Translations under genes and position numbers: made by a program
The notes under the pieces: model-generated
Database searches by the model: none
Told to the model about the DNA's origin: nothing
Seen by the model: the letters and a program-made list of their open reading frames with translations, nothing else
DNA from: the human T2T-CHM13v2.0 reference genome, Homo sapiens
Direction: 5' to 3' (one strand)
DNA: 64,000 bases
NCBI RefSeq assembly: GCF_009914755.1
Contig: NC_060933.1
In this document: in pieces, positions 24,209 to 37,888 of the stretch
How positions within the stretch are numbered: the stretch's first letter is position 1
How the letters are laid out: every line of letters begins with the position of its first letter

Positions 24209-24938
24209 GTCTAGAATGACTTAACATGCCCATGTGAGACAAAGGTGGACTCTAGAATGACTCAACGTGCCCGTGTCTGACAGAGGTGGAATCTTGAATG
24301 ACTCAGTGAGCCCGAGACACAGGTGGACTCTAGAATGACTCAGCGTGCCCGTGTGAGACACAGGTGGATTCTAGAATGACTCAGCATCCTCATGTGAGAC
24401 ACAGGTGGACTCTAGAATGACTCAGCGTGCCCGTGTGAGACACAGGTGGACTCTAGAATGACTCAGCATCCTCATGTGAGACACAGGTGGACTCTAGAAT
24501 GACTCAGCGTGCCCGTGTGAGACACAGGTGGACTCTAGAATGACTCAGCATCCTCATGTGAGACACAGGTGGACTCTAGAATGACTCAGCGTGCCCGTGT
24601 GAGACACAGGTGGACTCTAGAATGACTCAGCATCCTCATGTGAGACACAGGTGGACTCTAGAATGACTCAGCGTGCCCATGTGAGACACAGGTGGACTCT
24701 ACAATGACTCAGTATGCCCATGTGAGACACAGGTGGACTCTAGAATGACTCAGCGTGCCCATGTGAGACACAGGTAGACTCTAGAATGACTCAGCGTGCC
24801 CGTGTGAGACACAGGTGGACTCTAGACTCAGCATGCCCATGTGAGACACAGATGGACTCTAGAATGACTCAGCATGCCAGTGAGACACAGGTGAACTCTA
24901 GAATGACTCAGCATGCCCATGTGAGACACAGGTGGACT
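24209..24938. repeat. Minisatellite/VNTR, 41-bp unit, ~18 copies, in SETX intron 24
   Basis: tagaatgac recurs at 24331, 24372, 24413, 24454 etc. (period 41). Consensus unit gactctagaatgactcagc(g/a)t(g/c)c(c/t)c(g/a)tgtgagacacaggtg. Confidence 0.97.
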
Positions 24939-25742
24939 GCAGGCAGCTTTTCCGGGACTCCTTCACTCCTCTAGAAGTCACAGTGCTTTCTTACTCTCCG
25001 TCCCAATACAGGGTACCGGGCACAGAAGAATTCCTATTAAAAACAGGAAACAAACCAAAACCTCGGGGCTTCCTTCAAAGTGATGCATCTATCAATTTCC
25101 TATTTTTACCTGGATAAGATAATTGGAAATTTTAACAGTGCAATCTTGAAGCCTTGAAAAATCCTAAAAATGTGGTACCAGCCTAATCACTTTATTCTTA
25201 CATTTAAATATATCTAGACTGTTAAGATATTGTAGAACTAGTGTAGAAATACATGAACACCAGATAAATATTTCAGTAGATCAGAAAAAGAGCTCAGAAA
25301 TAGAATTGATGTATGATAAAAGTGAAATTTCAAATTAGCTGGGAAAGAAAGGTCTATTTATAAACTGACCCTGAGATACAACTGGGCTCTGTATATGCAG
25401 CCCATCCCAGGGAGGGGCAAAGATTACTTTAATTACTATTTTATTTGAAAACGAACTAATTTATAACCTGTAAATTCTGTCTGCTTCTCATGACAAGAAA
25501 CAAATAATCATGTAAGAGTCTTGGGCTTGGGATATTTTCTGTCACTCATACAGGTGTCCTTAGCATCTTAAATAAACTGACAGTAGTTAAGGTGAACAAA
25601 TTTAGCCAAAGCAGGAAAACACAGAAAACAATGACACTTTGACACATACCATGGGGAGTAATATGCCTCTGCAAAGTATAATCTAATTATTTATTTGAAT
25701 CTTATTAAATAAAAGAACAGATTCACACTATGAAATGGGTTA

Positions 25743-25892
<150 letters not shown>

Positions 25893-26186
25893 TTAGCTGG
25901 GCGTGGTAGCACATGCCTGTAGTCCCAGCTACTCGGGAGGCTGATGCAGAAGAATCGCTTGAACCCAGGAGGTGGAGGATGCAGTGGGCCAAGATTGCAC
26001 CAAGATCTAACAGTGGGTCTATTTCACAACTTAAAAGAGAAACTTTCATAGTATTACACAGGTTTTCACAAAAGAAAATTAAAAAAGCAAATGGTGTTCT
26101 CTAACAGTGATAATGAACCTAATCCTGAACTATAAACAAGCAACAATGTATACAAGTATAAAAGAGCAACAATGACAGTAACTCAC

Positions 26187-26285
26187 CCAATTGAACCTTG
26201 GATGCTATTTGCTCTGACACACGTAACAATAACACAATCCTTCTGCCGACCCTGGAATGCATCCACAGTGTCTACTTCTGCTGGT
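26187..26285 (-). CDS. SETX: Senataxin exon 24 (99 nt), motif V
   Basis: Acceptor tgtaaatag|A, donor TGG|gtgagt; encodes (G)PAEVDTVDAFQGRQKDCVIVTCVRANSIQGSI(G). Confidence 0.97.
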
Positions 26286-26329
26286 CTATTTACAAAAGAG
26301 AAACATATTTACTGGAAAAAGGAAGATAA

Positions 26330-26539
<210 letters not shown>

Positions 26540-27139
26540 TAGTAGAGACTGGGTTTCACTGTGGTCTCCATCTCCTGACCTCATGATCCGCCCGCCTCGG
26601 CCTCCCAAAGTGCTGGGATTACAGGCGTGAGCCACCGCGTCCGGCTTAGTTTTTTGGTTTTTGACAGTCTAGCCTCACTCTTGTCCAGGCTGGAGTGCAC
26701 CAGCATATTCATAGCTCACAGTAACTTGAACACCTGAGCTCCGTCTCAGCCTCCTAAGTGGCTAGGACTACAGGCATGGACCACCACCCTAATTTTTCCA
26801 TGTTTTGTAGAGATGGGGTCTTGCCATGTTGCCCAGGCTGGTCTCAAACCCCTGGCCCCAAGCAATCCTTCCACCTCACCCACCCAAAATGTTAGGATTA
26901 TAGATGTGAGCCACCATGCCTGGCCTTACAGTCTTTATTTTTAAAGAAACTTAAAAAAAAAAAGAGAGAGAGAGAGAGACAGAGTCTCACTGCGTTGCCC
27001 AGGCTGGACTCAAACTTCTGGGGCTCAAGCAATCCTCCTTGCCTCAGCCTCCCAAGGAGATGCATGCACCACCATGCTCGGCTGCTAAGACATTTTAAAA
27101 ACATTTTCTTGGAGGTTAGCCTGAATTTCCTCCTCTCTC

Positions 27140-29159
<2,020 letters not shown>

Positions 29160-29732
29160 TGATCTGCCCGCCTCAGCCTCCCAAAGTGCTGGGATTACAG
29201 GTGTGAGCCACCACACCCAGCCTACAGGTCTGATTTTCTATTGTTTTCTAGATTCGATTTTGGTAGTCTGTGTGCTTCTAAGTTAAGATGATTTTAAGGT
29301 TATGGATCTCCAATATTTAATCTTTAATTTTACTGCTGAGGTAAGAAGGAAACAAAAACATGATTTTCATTCTATACATAAAGGCAATACAAGGGTTAAA
29401 TCATTTATTTAAAGTGAAATGTTACTTTTAGTCTTGCTAGAACAAGAATTCAGATGAACAAGTCATGGAACTAAAAGGTAAAGACCTGGCAAGTTTCTTA
29501 GTCAATTCCACTGCCAAGGAGAATGTTGACATTCCAACTGCCAGGAAGTAACCTGTCTACCCAGGAGCCACACAGCACAAGTCTATGAAAGCCAGCAGCA
29601 TCCCAGCTTCCTCGTGCCGTATCACCAATTTGCACAGACCACTCCTTAAGAGTTTCCCTTTTCTTCTTTCCTTCTATATCCTCTCATTCTAATTCAACAA
29701 GAAAATTGGAAATATTTATAAAAATGCCTCAC

Positions 29733-29897
29733 CCTTTTCTATCGAACTCTTTGTCCAAATCCTTCTGAATCATCGTCTTCTGGGCCTTGTAATGAGTTAT
29801 TATGCCAATGTTTCGAAAACTAACATCCTTTCTTTTGTCTTTAATAAGCTTAATTATTTCCATCACCAGTTTTATTTCTTGAACATTTATATATGAG
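29733..29897 (-). CDS. SETX: Senataxin exon 23 (165 nt)
   Basis: Acceptor cttgtttag|C, donor AGG|gtgagg; encodes (D)SYINVQEIKLVMEII...NIGIITHYKAQKTMIQKDLDKEFDRK(G). Confidence 0.97.
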
Positions 29898-31536
29898 CTA
29901 AACAAGATGGAAAAAGAAAACACAGTGTTATCAAAACTAATAGCAGGCTAATTGCTAACTTAAGTTCCACTGAGTTTGTTTCCCATTATAGTAAAGGGCA
30001 GGCAGATAGGCTTCATCTTTTATTCAGCTAGCAGTGACTCCAAGAGGCTGTTACAATGACCATTAATATGGTATATATGAATAAATGTGAAAATACTATG
30101 GTAAATATGAATACATGTGAAATGCCCAGTGAAAAATGAAGTTGTAGAGAGAAAAGAGTTTGAAATCAACTGAAGTTTAGGCACCACTTTCTTCATCTGT
30201 TGAAACAGGGAGAGCAGTATTAAGAACAGCAGTATTAATAAGAACAAAGATGTGAATAAGAGATAGCTAACATGAATTAAGGATTAACTATCTTCCGAAC
30301 ACTGAGAAAATGCTTTACATGTATGATCTTCCTTGTCCCTCACCACTGGCTGCATACAACACACACCACACAACCGAGCAGCTGCCATCCACACAGACTC
30401 AATGTGAAGGATGTGTCCCACTTGACCCCAGTTGAACAACATGGGGCCCTGGAGCAGGTTCATGTCCTCTTTGTAGTCCTCAGCAGCCTCATATCCTGCA
30501 CTCTCAACCCCTCCTGAAAACACATGCTCCCTCATGACCATACCGGACCCAAAATGCACCAAGACCAGGGGATGCACTGCCCCATCCCTTGATTCCTGAG
30601 GCTACCTTACCCGCCTTGCTTTACGAGCCTTAAATACCCATTCTCCTAACTTTGAGACTTACTAAATGGACAACCCAATCAGCTAGCGATCTCTTCCATC
30701 CCTGAAATCCTCATGATGCTCTGCGGCTTAACTCGCAATCCTCTGCTCTCCTCCAAGAGGCCTCATTAAAACCTTTAGGCTGCAGTCCCTCCAGCACTAC
30801 AATCCCATGGCCAACAACTCCTCTGTATGTGTAACCTCTTCAATGAGTGTTCCCTACTTCCACCTCTGTATCTTATCTAACGCCTGATTCTCGCCTGAGG
30901 ACGCCACCTGCTCTGCAGCCATCCCATGATGTAGAAGTGGGATTTGTGTTTCCTCCTACTTCATGACAGAGTGGCACTTGTATCCGTGCCAACAAATGCT
31001 GCCCCTAGACCATTCCTCCCCTACTCTCTCACAAGAATCCCCAGCTCCTCTGACATTGCTGCTTCTAGCAACACCACTCCTCTTTGCTGTCATATACAGA
31101 CCACCTGAACACATGCCCTTATTCACAACCCAATACCATCCAACCTCTGTCACTACTTCCTTCCTCCCTTTCACATTTTCATTCAACTGAATTTATACTT
31201 AGCCTTCACAGTACTTAACCCAACTGGAATAACTGCTTACCCAGGTGATGACCTGCTGAAGGCCTGTCTTCCCATGAGACCACCATCTTGCAATGGGCAC
31301 GTCTGTTTCCCTCACTGCTGTGAGCTCAACAAGTATCTACTCAAGCACTTGCTTATGACATTAGGTAATATTATCCCCATTATACAGAAAAAAGAAGCAT
31401 CAACTTAAGTGAACATGACTGTGCCCTGACACTAGGCAGAGAGATGTGTATAGGAAATGTATTTAACAGAAATATGAATGCAAATCATGTAACAATTCTG
31501 GGACTATCAGAGGACTGAGGCAAGAGGAAAACATAC

Positions 31537-31629
31537 TCATTATCCCGTCTTTCTGAACCATCTCCAACATCAAACACAAGGTATGGCTGAAATGGCCAAT
31601 CTGATGAACATCGAATGGCTTCTGTCTGT
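31537..31629 (-). CDS. SETX: Senataxin exon 22 (93 nt)
   Basis: Acceptor T12-acag|ACAG, donor TGA|gtatgt; encodes (R)QTEAIRCSSDWPFQPYLVFDVGDGSERRDN(D). Confidence 0.95.
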
Positions 31630-32546
31630 CTGTAAAAAAAAAAAAGCAGTCAACATTCAGAATAAAGTCAAGATTTAAGAAAATATCTTGGTATTACTAC
31701 AATTTTTTCTGTGTGGTGATGTGGGCTGGGGCAAGTAAGGGGATAGCAGGAATATTCTTTTCTAGACGTGTATTAGTGAAAGGTACAAAACAAATTCTAT
31801 TTCTTTCCTGGTGCTGGGAGAGGTGTCTATATCATTAAAATATAACAAGTATGATTGGAAAGACACTCATAATAGAGTAAGCCACAGAATACTATGTTAA
31901 GTATGGTCCCACATTTTTCCTTCAAAAATTTAAAAAGTAAAAAAAGATATGCATAGTAAAAGGACTGAAACTTGGCCAGGTGCGGTGACTCTCGCCTGTA
32001 ATCCCAGCACTTTGGGAGACCAAGGCGGGTGGATTGCTTGAGCTCAGGAGTTCGAAAGCAGCCTGGGCAACATAGCGAAACCCCGTTTCTACAAAAAGAA
32101 AAATACAAAAATTAGCCAGGCATGGTGGTGACTGAGTGTAGTCCCAGCTACTCAGGAGGCTGAGGCAGGTGGATTGATTGAGCCTGGGAGGTCGAAGCTG
32201 CAGTGAGCCAGGACTGTGTGCCACTGCACTCATCCTGTGTGAGTGACAGAATGAGACCCTGTCTTCAAAAAAAAAAAAAAAAAAAAAAAGGACTGCTGAA
32301 AGTGGATATACCAAAATGTTACCAGTGATTATTTCTGGGTAGTATAAATATAGGTGACTTTTTCCCCTTTTCTTTTTTATGTGCTTTGCTGTATTCAACA
32401 TGATGGCTATTATAACAGGACAAAATTATTAACCCTTCATGATTTATGCTTTTTATGACAAGACCTAAGACGACAGTAAAATGTCTATTCTTCATAAGTA
32501 GCTAAACTACAACAAAATAAGGTCACAAACAATAAGGGGAACTCAC

Positions 32547-32734
32547 CTATTTGTTTTTAAGTTTCTGTTATAAACATAATTAGAAGGGAAGAGGCATATG
32601 TCTGGATGCATCCTGTACTGAACAGTGAGCTGTAGAATGGGCAGCCTGCTGATCATGTTGTGTTCTACATTCTCTTCCAGCAGTCTGCAGAAGCGAGCCA
32701 TCATTGACTGGTCGTAGCCATACTCCTGTGCTTT
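32547..32734 (-). CDS. SETX: Senataxin exon 21 (188 nt), QYRMHP motif
   Basis: Acceptor ccctcacag|AAA, donor TAG|gtgagt; encodes KAQEYGYDQSMMARF...LTVQYRMHPDICLFPSNYVYNRNLKTN(R). Confidence 0.97.
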
Positions 32735-32894
32735 CTGTGAGGGGCAAAATAAAGCAACAGTTTCCAAGAATTCATTTATATCTTTCCCACTATTATAAAC
32801 ACAATTACTGAGATCTAATACGTATATGGCAACGTTCAGGTAGCATAAGATTACCAACCACAGCTTCAGAGAAAAAAGGTGTTTCTGACTCTGA

Positions 32895-33104
<210 letters not shown>

Positions 33105-33449
33105 TGAATCTTGAATATATGTGGAGGTCTTTTCTACTCATATACTGCTAATGAAAGAGATATGATCTTGTGAAAGACAACTGATGCTATTTTGATGCTA
33201 CAAGACGCCACCCAAAAAAACCAGTAATAAAGGAAATGTAACACAGATTTTAACAATTATTTCTGGGGGTACACCCTCACAGACAGACATATTGAATGCC
33301 ACTGTAAACAAGCCTTTTGAAGACAAAATTCTTCATTCATCCATCTAATATGTACTAAGCATCTATAATTTGAAGTGCTAAGACCACTAGAGTGAATAAG
33401 ATGAAGTCTCACAGGACTTAATTTCCAGTGAAGGAAACAGACTCGACTT

Positions 33450-33595
33450 ATGTGTTGACCATCCCTAATCCAAAAATCCAAAATACTCCAATGAGCATAT
33501 CCTTCGAGCGTGAACTTTAAGCATAAAGTCAGCACTTGGGAAGTTTCAGATGGTGAAGCATTTCAAATTTTTGAATTAGGAACGCCGAAGCTGTG
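33450..33595. mobile_element. Tigger4/MER46-type fossil
   Basis: catccctaatccaaaaatccaaaatactccaatgagcat...agcatttcaaatttttgaattagg quasi-palindromic structure. Confidence 0.6.
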
Positions 33596-33748
33596 CTAAA
33601 TGGATTTCACAAACCAAATAATGGGTTATATTCTGCAATCTGAAAAACAGTGACCTAAGTGACAAGTGGGATAAACTGTCTTGATGTTACCACAGTTGTG
33701 CCTTGGGATCTACTTTCCGATGGCAGCAACACAGAAAGTTTCAAAAAG

Positions 33749-33897
33749 GGGAGGGGGAGGGATAGCATTAGGAGATACACCTAATGTAAATGACGAGTTA
33801 ATGGGTGCAGCACACCAACATGGCACATGTATACATATGTAACAAACCTGCATGTTGTGAACATGTACCCTAGAACTTAAAGTATAATTAAAAAAGA
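33749..33897 (+). mobile_element. Severely 5'-truncated L1PA 3' end (~150 bp)
   Basis: gggatagcattaggagatacacctaatgtaaatgacgag...aagtataat plus A tail; 14-bp TSD aaagtttcaaaaag (33735-33748 and 33898-33911). Confidence 0.92.
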
Positions 33898-35941
33898 AAA
33901 GTTTCAAAAAGTACTTTATCTTAAATAACCCTGAAGTAAAAATGTGCTGAAAACTTCACTAAGATGATGGAATCTTCATGAGTGATGTGAAAGATACTGG
34001 CACTGAAGACGTGCAAAGCCTGAATAAACTTGTTTCACAAACTATGGGAGTGGAAGAAAGGCATTACTTCTTAACCTATTTATATGTGTGATTTTAAACA
34101 GGTTTGTGAAAGCATAAAATAATTATTAATAGATACATGCCAATTTTCCCTAAATCCTCAAAAGTTTATCTGCGTTAGCTCACAAAACCTAATTTTTAAT
34201 CTTTTCTTTGGGGAAACAGAAAAGGAAGTTATGTAAGGTAACGCATCTACCTCCAGACAAAACCTTAGTCCATTCTACAAATGACATAGATTTATTAATA
34301 TATATTCTGACATGGGAGGATGTCCCTGATTTACTGATTGAAAAAAAAACCAATTCTGCACAGAATGATTTTGCCACCTTTAAACAAAACCAAACCCACG
34401 TACATATACACATAAACATATACATGTATACAAACCATATACCACTTTTTAGTAACTGACTCACTGTTAACCCCTAGAATACAAACACCATAAGGGCAGG
34501 GATTTTGTCTGTTTTCTTCACTGTCATAACCCCAGCCCCTAAACAGTGCCTGAATTATGGTGGCACTCAATATATACATACTGAAAAAGACGAATAAACA
34601 CACAAATGCCTAGCAATATCTGTTAAAAATACTCACTTTCACTGTAATTACCACTAGAAACAGGTGGTCAAAAAAGGCACCTTATGGAAATGAACTTTGT
34701 AATTATTTTCTCAAAATAGCCTGTTTTATTTGTACAACAATTTAAACAGCACAAATGGATTTTTTTTTTCTAATTTTTGTTGTTTTTATCAATCATTGAA
34801 GTAGGCAGTAAAGTTGAGGCCCATTAACAATCTCTCTTTTCACTATATGCCAAGGCCCTTCAATGAAATCCTGCATCATTTAAAGAAATGGGATACAGAA
34901 TTTGCTCTTCATTATTCTCCGTGAACAAAGTTACCTGCAGCAGTTCTTCCCTACACACACGGGTTTTCACTGGGTGACGGGTGTGCTTCTGGGCCACACT
35001 CTAACATGATCATGTACCTGCGCTCAAATGTCATACAAAGAACTGCACTATCATTCTGAATAATTCCGAAATCAAAAACCACTAACGATAACCACCTGCA
35101 TTCATTCCAAGCTTCAACAAAAATGCTTTGAAAATGATCTGTTCTCTAGGATTATTTATGAAGCCACTGCTCAATTATCTGTATAAATAATCTATGTTAT
35201 TAGTAAAAAATACACATTTCATTAAATTTCAAAACCTCTTCAGATTACTTCAAAACATCTACTGGATCCTGATTCTAATGTGCATTTCCAGGAGAATCTT
35301 TCATGAGATTAAAAAAAACCAACAGAGAAGAGTAGACTACAGTCTGGTTCTTCTCTTCCCAAAGTCAGAGCTTGTAATTGAGTCTTTTTTTCCCCTGTAC
35401 CTTCACTTTCAGATGATGTGAAGGGCACAGACATGTTCTTGTATTAACACTAGAATACCAAATTCTAAAAATGGAAATGTACTCCAAAATTAATTTAACT
35501 TCATGTTTTCCTCAATTTGTACATATTTAAACAAAAATGAGGAGGGTAGGATTCTTCTCTTTATTTCTGAAGTTTTTCTTTTATTATTGTTTTGGTGTTT
35601 GTATGATTAAAATAAATCAGATTCAGCTCTTAAGAGACTTAAAAAAGGCAGACATGCACACTGCCTTTCCCAAAGCTTGGTTTCCATGGCACGTCATCCA
35701 TCTAGGCTTCCAAGTCCCTGCCACACTGCTTCTGCCACACATACACAGAAGAACAACTATGACCAAATGGACATTTTTAGGCATTTTTTAAAATTTATTA
35801 AGTGCTTCTCTTTTCTTAGTTACTGCTTACTTTTCCCTCCAAATTAAGAGGCCAATCCAAGAAAGATGTCTCTCCCTCCTGAAAACAAAAATTTTAAAAA
35901 GCCCCTTCCATTTTAAAGCAATCTGAACATAAAAAACTTAC

Positions 35942-36049
35942 CATAGAGATGACTGTCGGAGGGAGCTGCTTAGGATCTCCTACTAGGATGAGCTTATTGC
36001 AGCGATGGATGAGTGGAGTAAGAGTCTCAATTTCACAAGACTGTCCAGC
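35942..36049 (-). CDS. SETX: Senataxin exon 20 (108 nt), motif II end and motif III
   Basis: Acceptor cttaccaag|GCT, donor ATG|gtaagt; encodes AGQSCEIETLTPLIHRCNKLILVGDPKQLPPTVISM. Confidence 0.97.
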
Positions 36050-36170
36050 CTTGGTAAGATACAGAAGAGAGAGGCAGTCTTAACAATCTTTGCTATTTAT
36101 CCATATAGTTTATCTGATTAAAGTTCTAACCATTCAGAAAAGTATCACACTTCTCCTGCACCAAATATCA

Positions 36171-36492
<322 letters not shown>

Positions 36493-37738
36493 CTAAAAAA
36501 AAAAAAAAAAAAAGCAAGACTCCGTCTCAAAAAAAACAATAAATAAATAAAAAGTAAACTCTCCAAACATGTCTAAAAAAAAAATCAAACTTGTATTTTT
36601 GAAGTCAGCCACCAACGGGGCCACTACCACTTGGGAACCAGCCGTAAGTTCAGAAGGCCATGCACATCCTAGATGCGTGCTTTTTGTTCCTGCTGGGCAT
36701 GAGCCTGAAAAATTTTTCTCCTTTAAAGTCCTTTTAAAACTTTATTTTAAATTTTTTATTTATTTTTTAACTTATTTTTTTTTTTTTTGAGAGAGAGAGT
36801 CTCACTCTGTCACCCAGGCTGGAGGGCAATGACATGATCGTTGTTCACCGCCTCCCGGGCTCAAGCAATCCTCCCACCTCAGCCTCCCGAATAACTGGAA
36901 TGACAGGCACACACCATCAACTCCTGGCTCATTTTTGTCTTTTTAGTAGAGACAAGGTTTCACCATGTTGCCCAGGTTGGTCTCAAACTCCTGGGCTCAA
37001 GCGATCCACCCTCCTCAGTCTCCCAAAGTGCCAGGATTACAGGTGTGCACCACCATGCCCAGGCCCTTTTCAAAACTTTGTATTTGAGGTTCAGAAATCA
37101 CATTAGGAGCGTCCATGAGTGTGTTTCCCCATATCTTTCTTCCTTGTTCCTCAGCATGCCTCTTTGATGACAAGACTCAAATTTCTCTTAAATTCAATGA
37201 CATTTTCTTCAACTATTTAATCATTTCCACTTTTTGTCCTTTCCTTCTGGTGAAAACTGGATCTTGGGTCTCCTGATCACTCAATTCTCTGGTATCTCCT
37301 GCTCCATCTCTTTTGTCTTCTGACTCTACGTTCTGACAAACAGTACGTACCCAATAAATGTTTGCTCAAAGAGTGAACTAGGAATAAAAGACATCAGGTG
37401 AACATACTGTGGCTCAAAGCTATCCAAAATTATATTAAAACTACTTCAAAAGGTTACCAGAGATATTCTAAGCAGGAGTGAGACAGTCACTCAGCAGAGA
37501 TTTTGTTAGAAACCATCAGTCATCCTCAAGACTAACCCCCAATACTGGAAAATCCACTTTCACTATGGAGGGTCATTAAGGAGTATATTTCTACATAAGG
37601 GAATACACAGGTAATAGCAAGTGAAAATCAGATGCAAAAAAAAAAAACACATTTCCTCAACATTTCAGCAGCCACAATTCATCTAAGACTTACTCCTCAT
37701 AGTAGTAGTCAAAGTTGTATGGCTGACCGTTCACTGAC

Positions 37739-37888
37739 CTCATCAACAATGACACAGCTGAAGGGGACACCCCCTTGCCCACGGAAAGCAGACTCAAGTA
37801 GTAAACCACCACTTGTGCTCAACGTGCAGCAGATGATATGGGACTCTAAGATGATGATACTCTGTGTTTTCTGTGGGCGTCCTTGAAC
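37739..37888 (-). CDS. SETX: Senataxin exon 19 (150 nt), motif Ib and first half of Walker B
   Basis: Acceptor ttctcttag|GTT, donor GAG|gtcagt; encodes VQGRPQKTQSIIILESHIICCTLSTSGG...FSCVIVDE. Confidence 0.96.

Noticed and set aside
24209-24938. Regularly spaced repeats superficially like a CRISPR array
   Set aside because: No unique spacers (whole units repeat), human intron, no cas genes; this is a minisatellite
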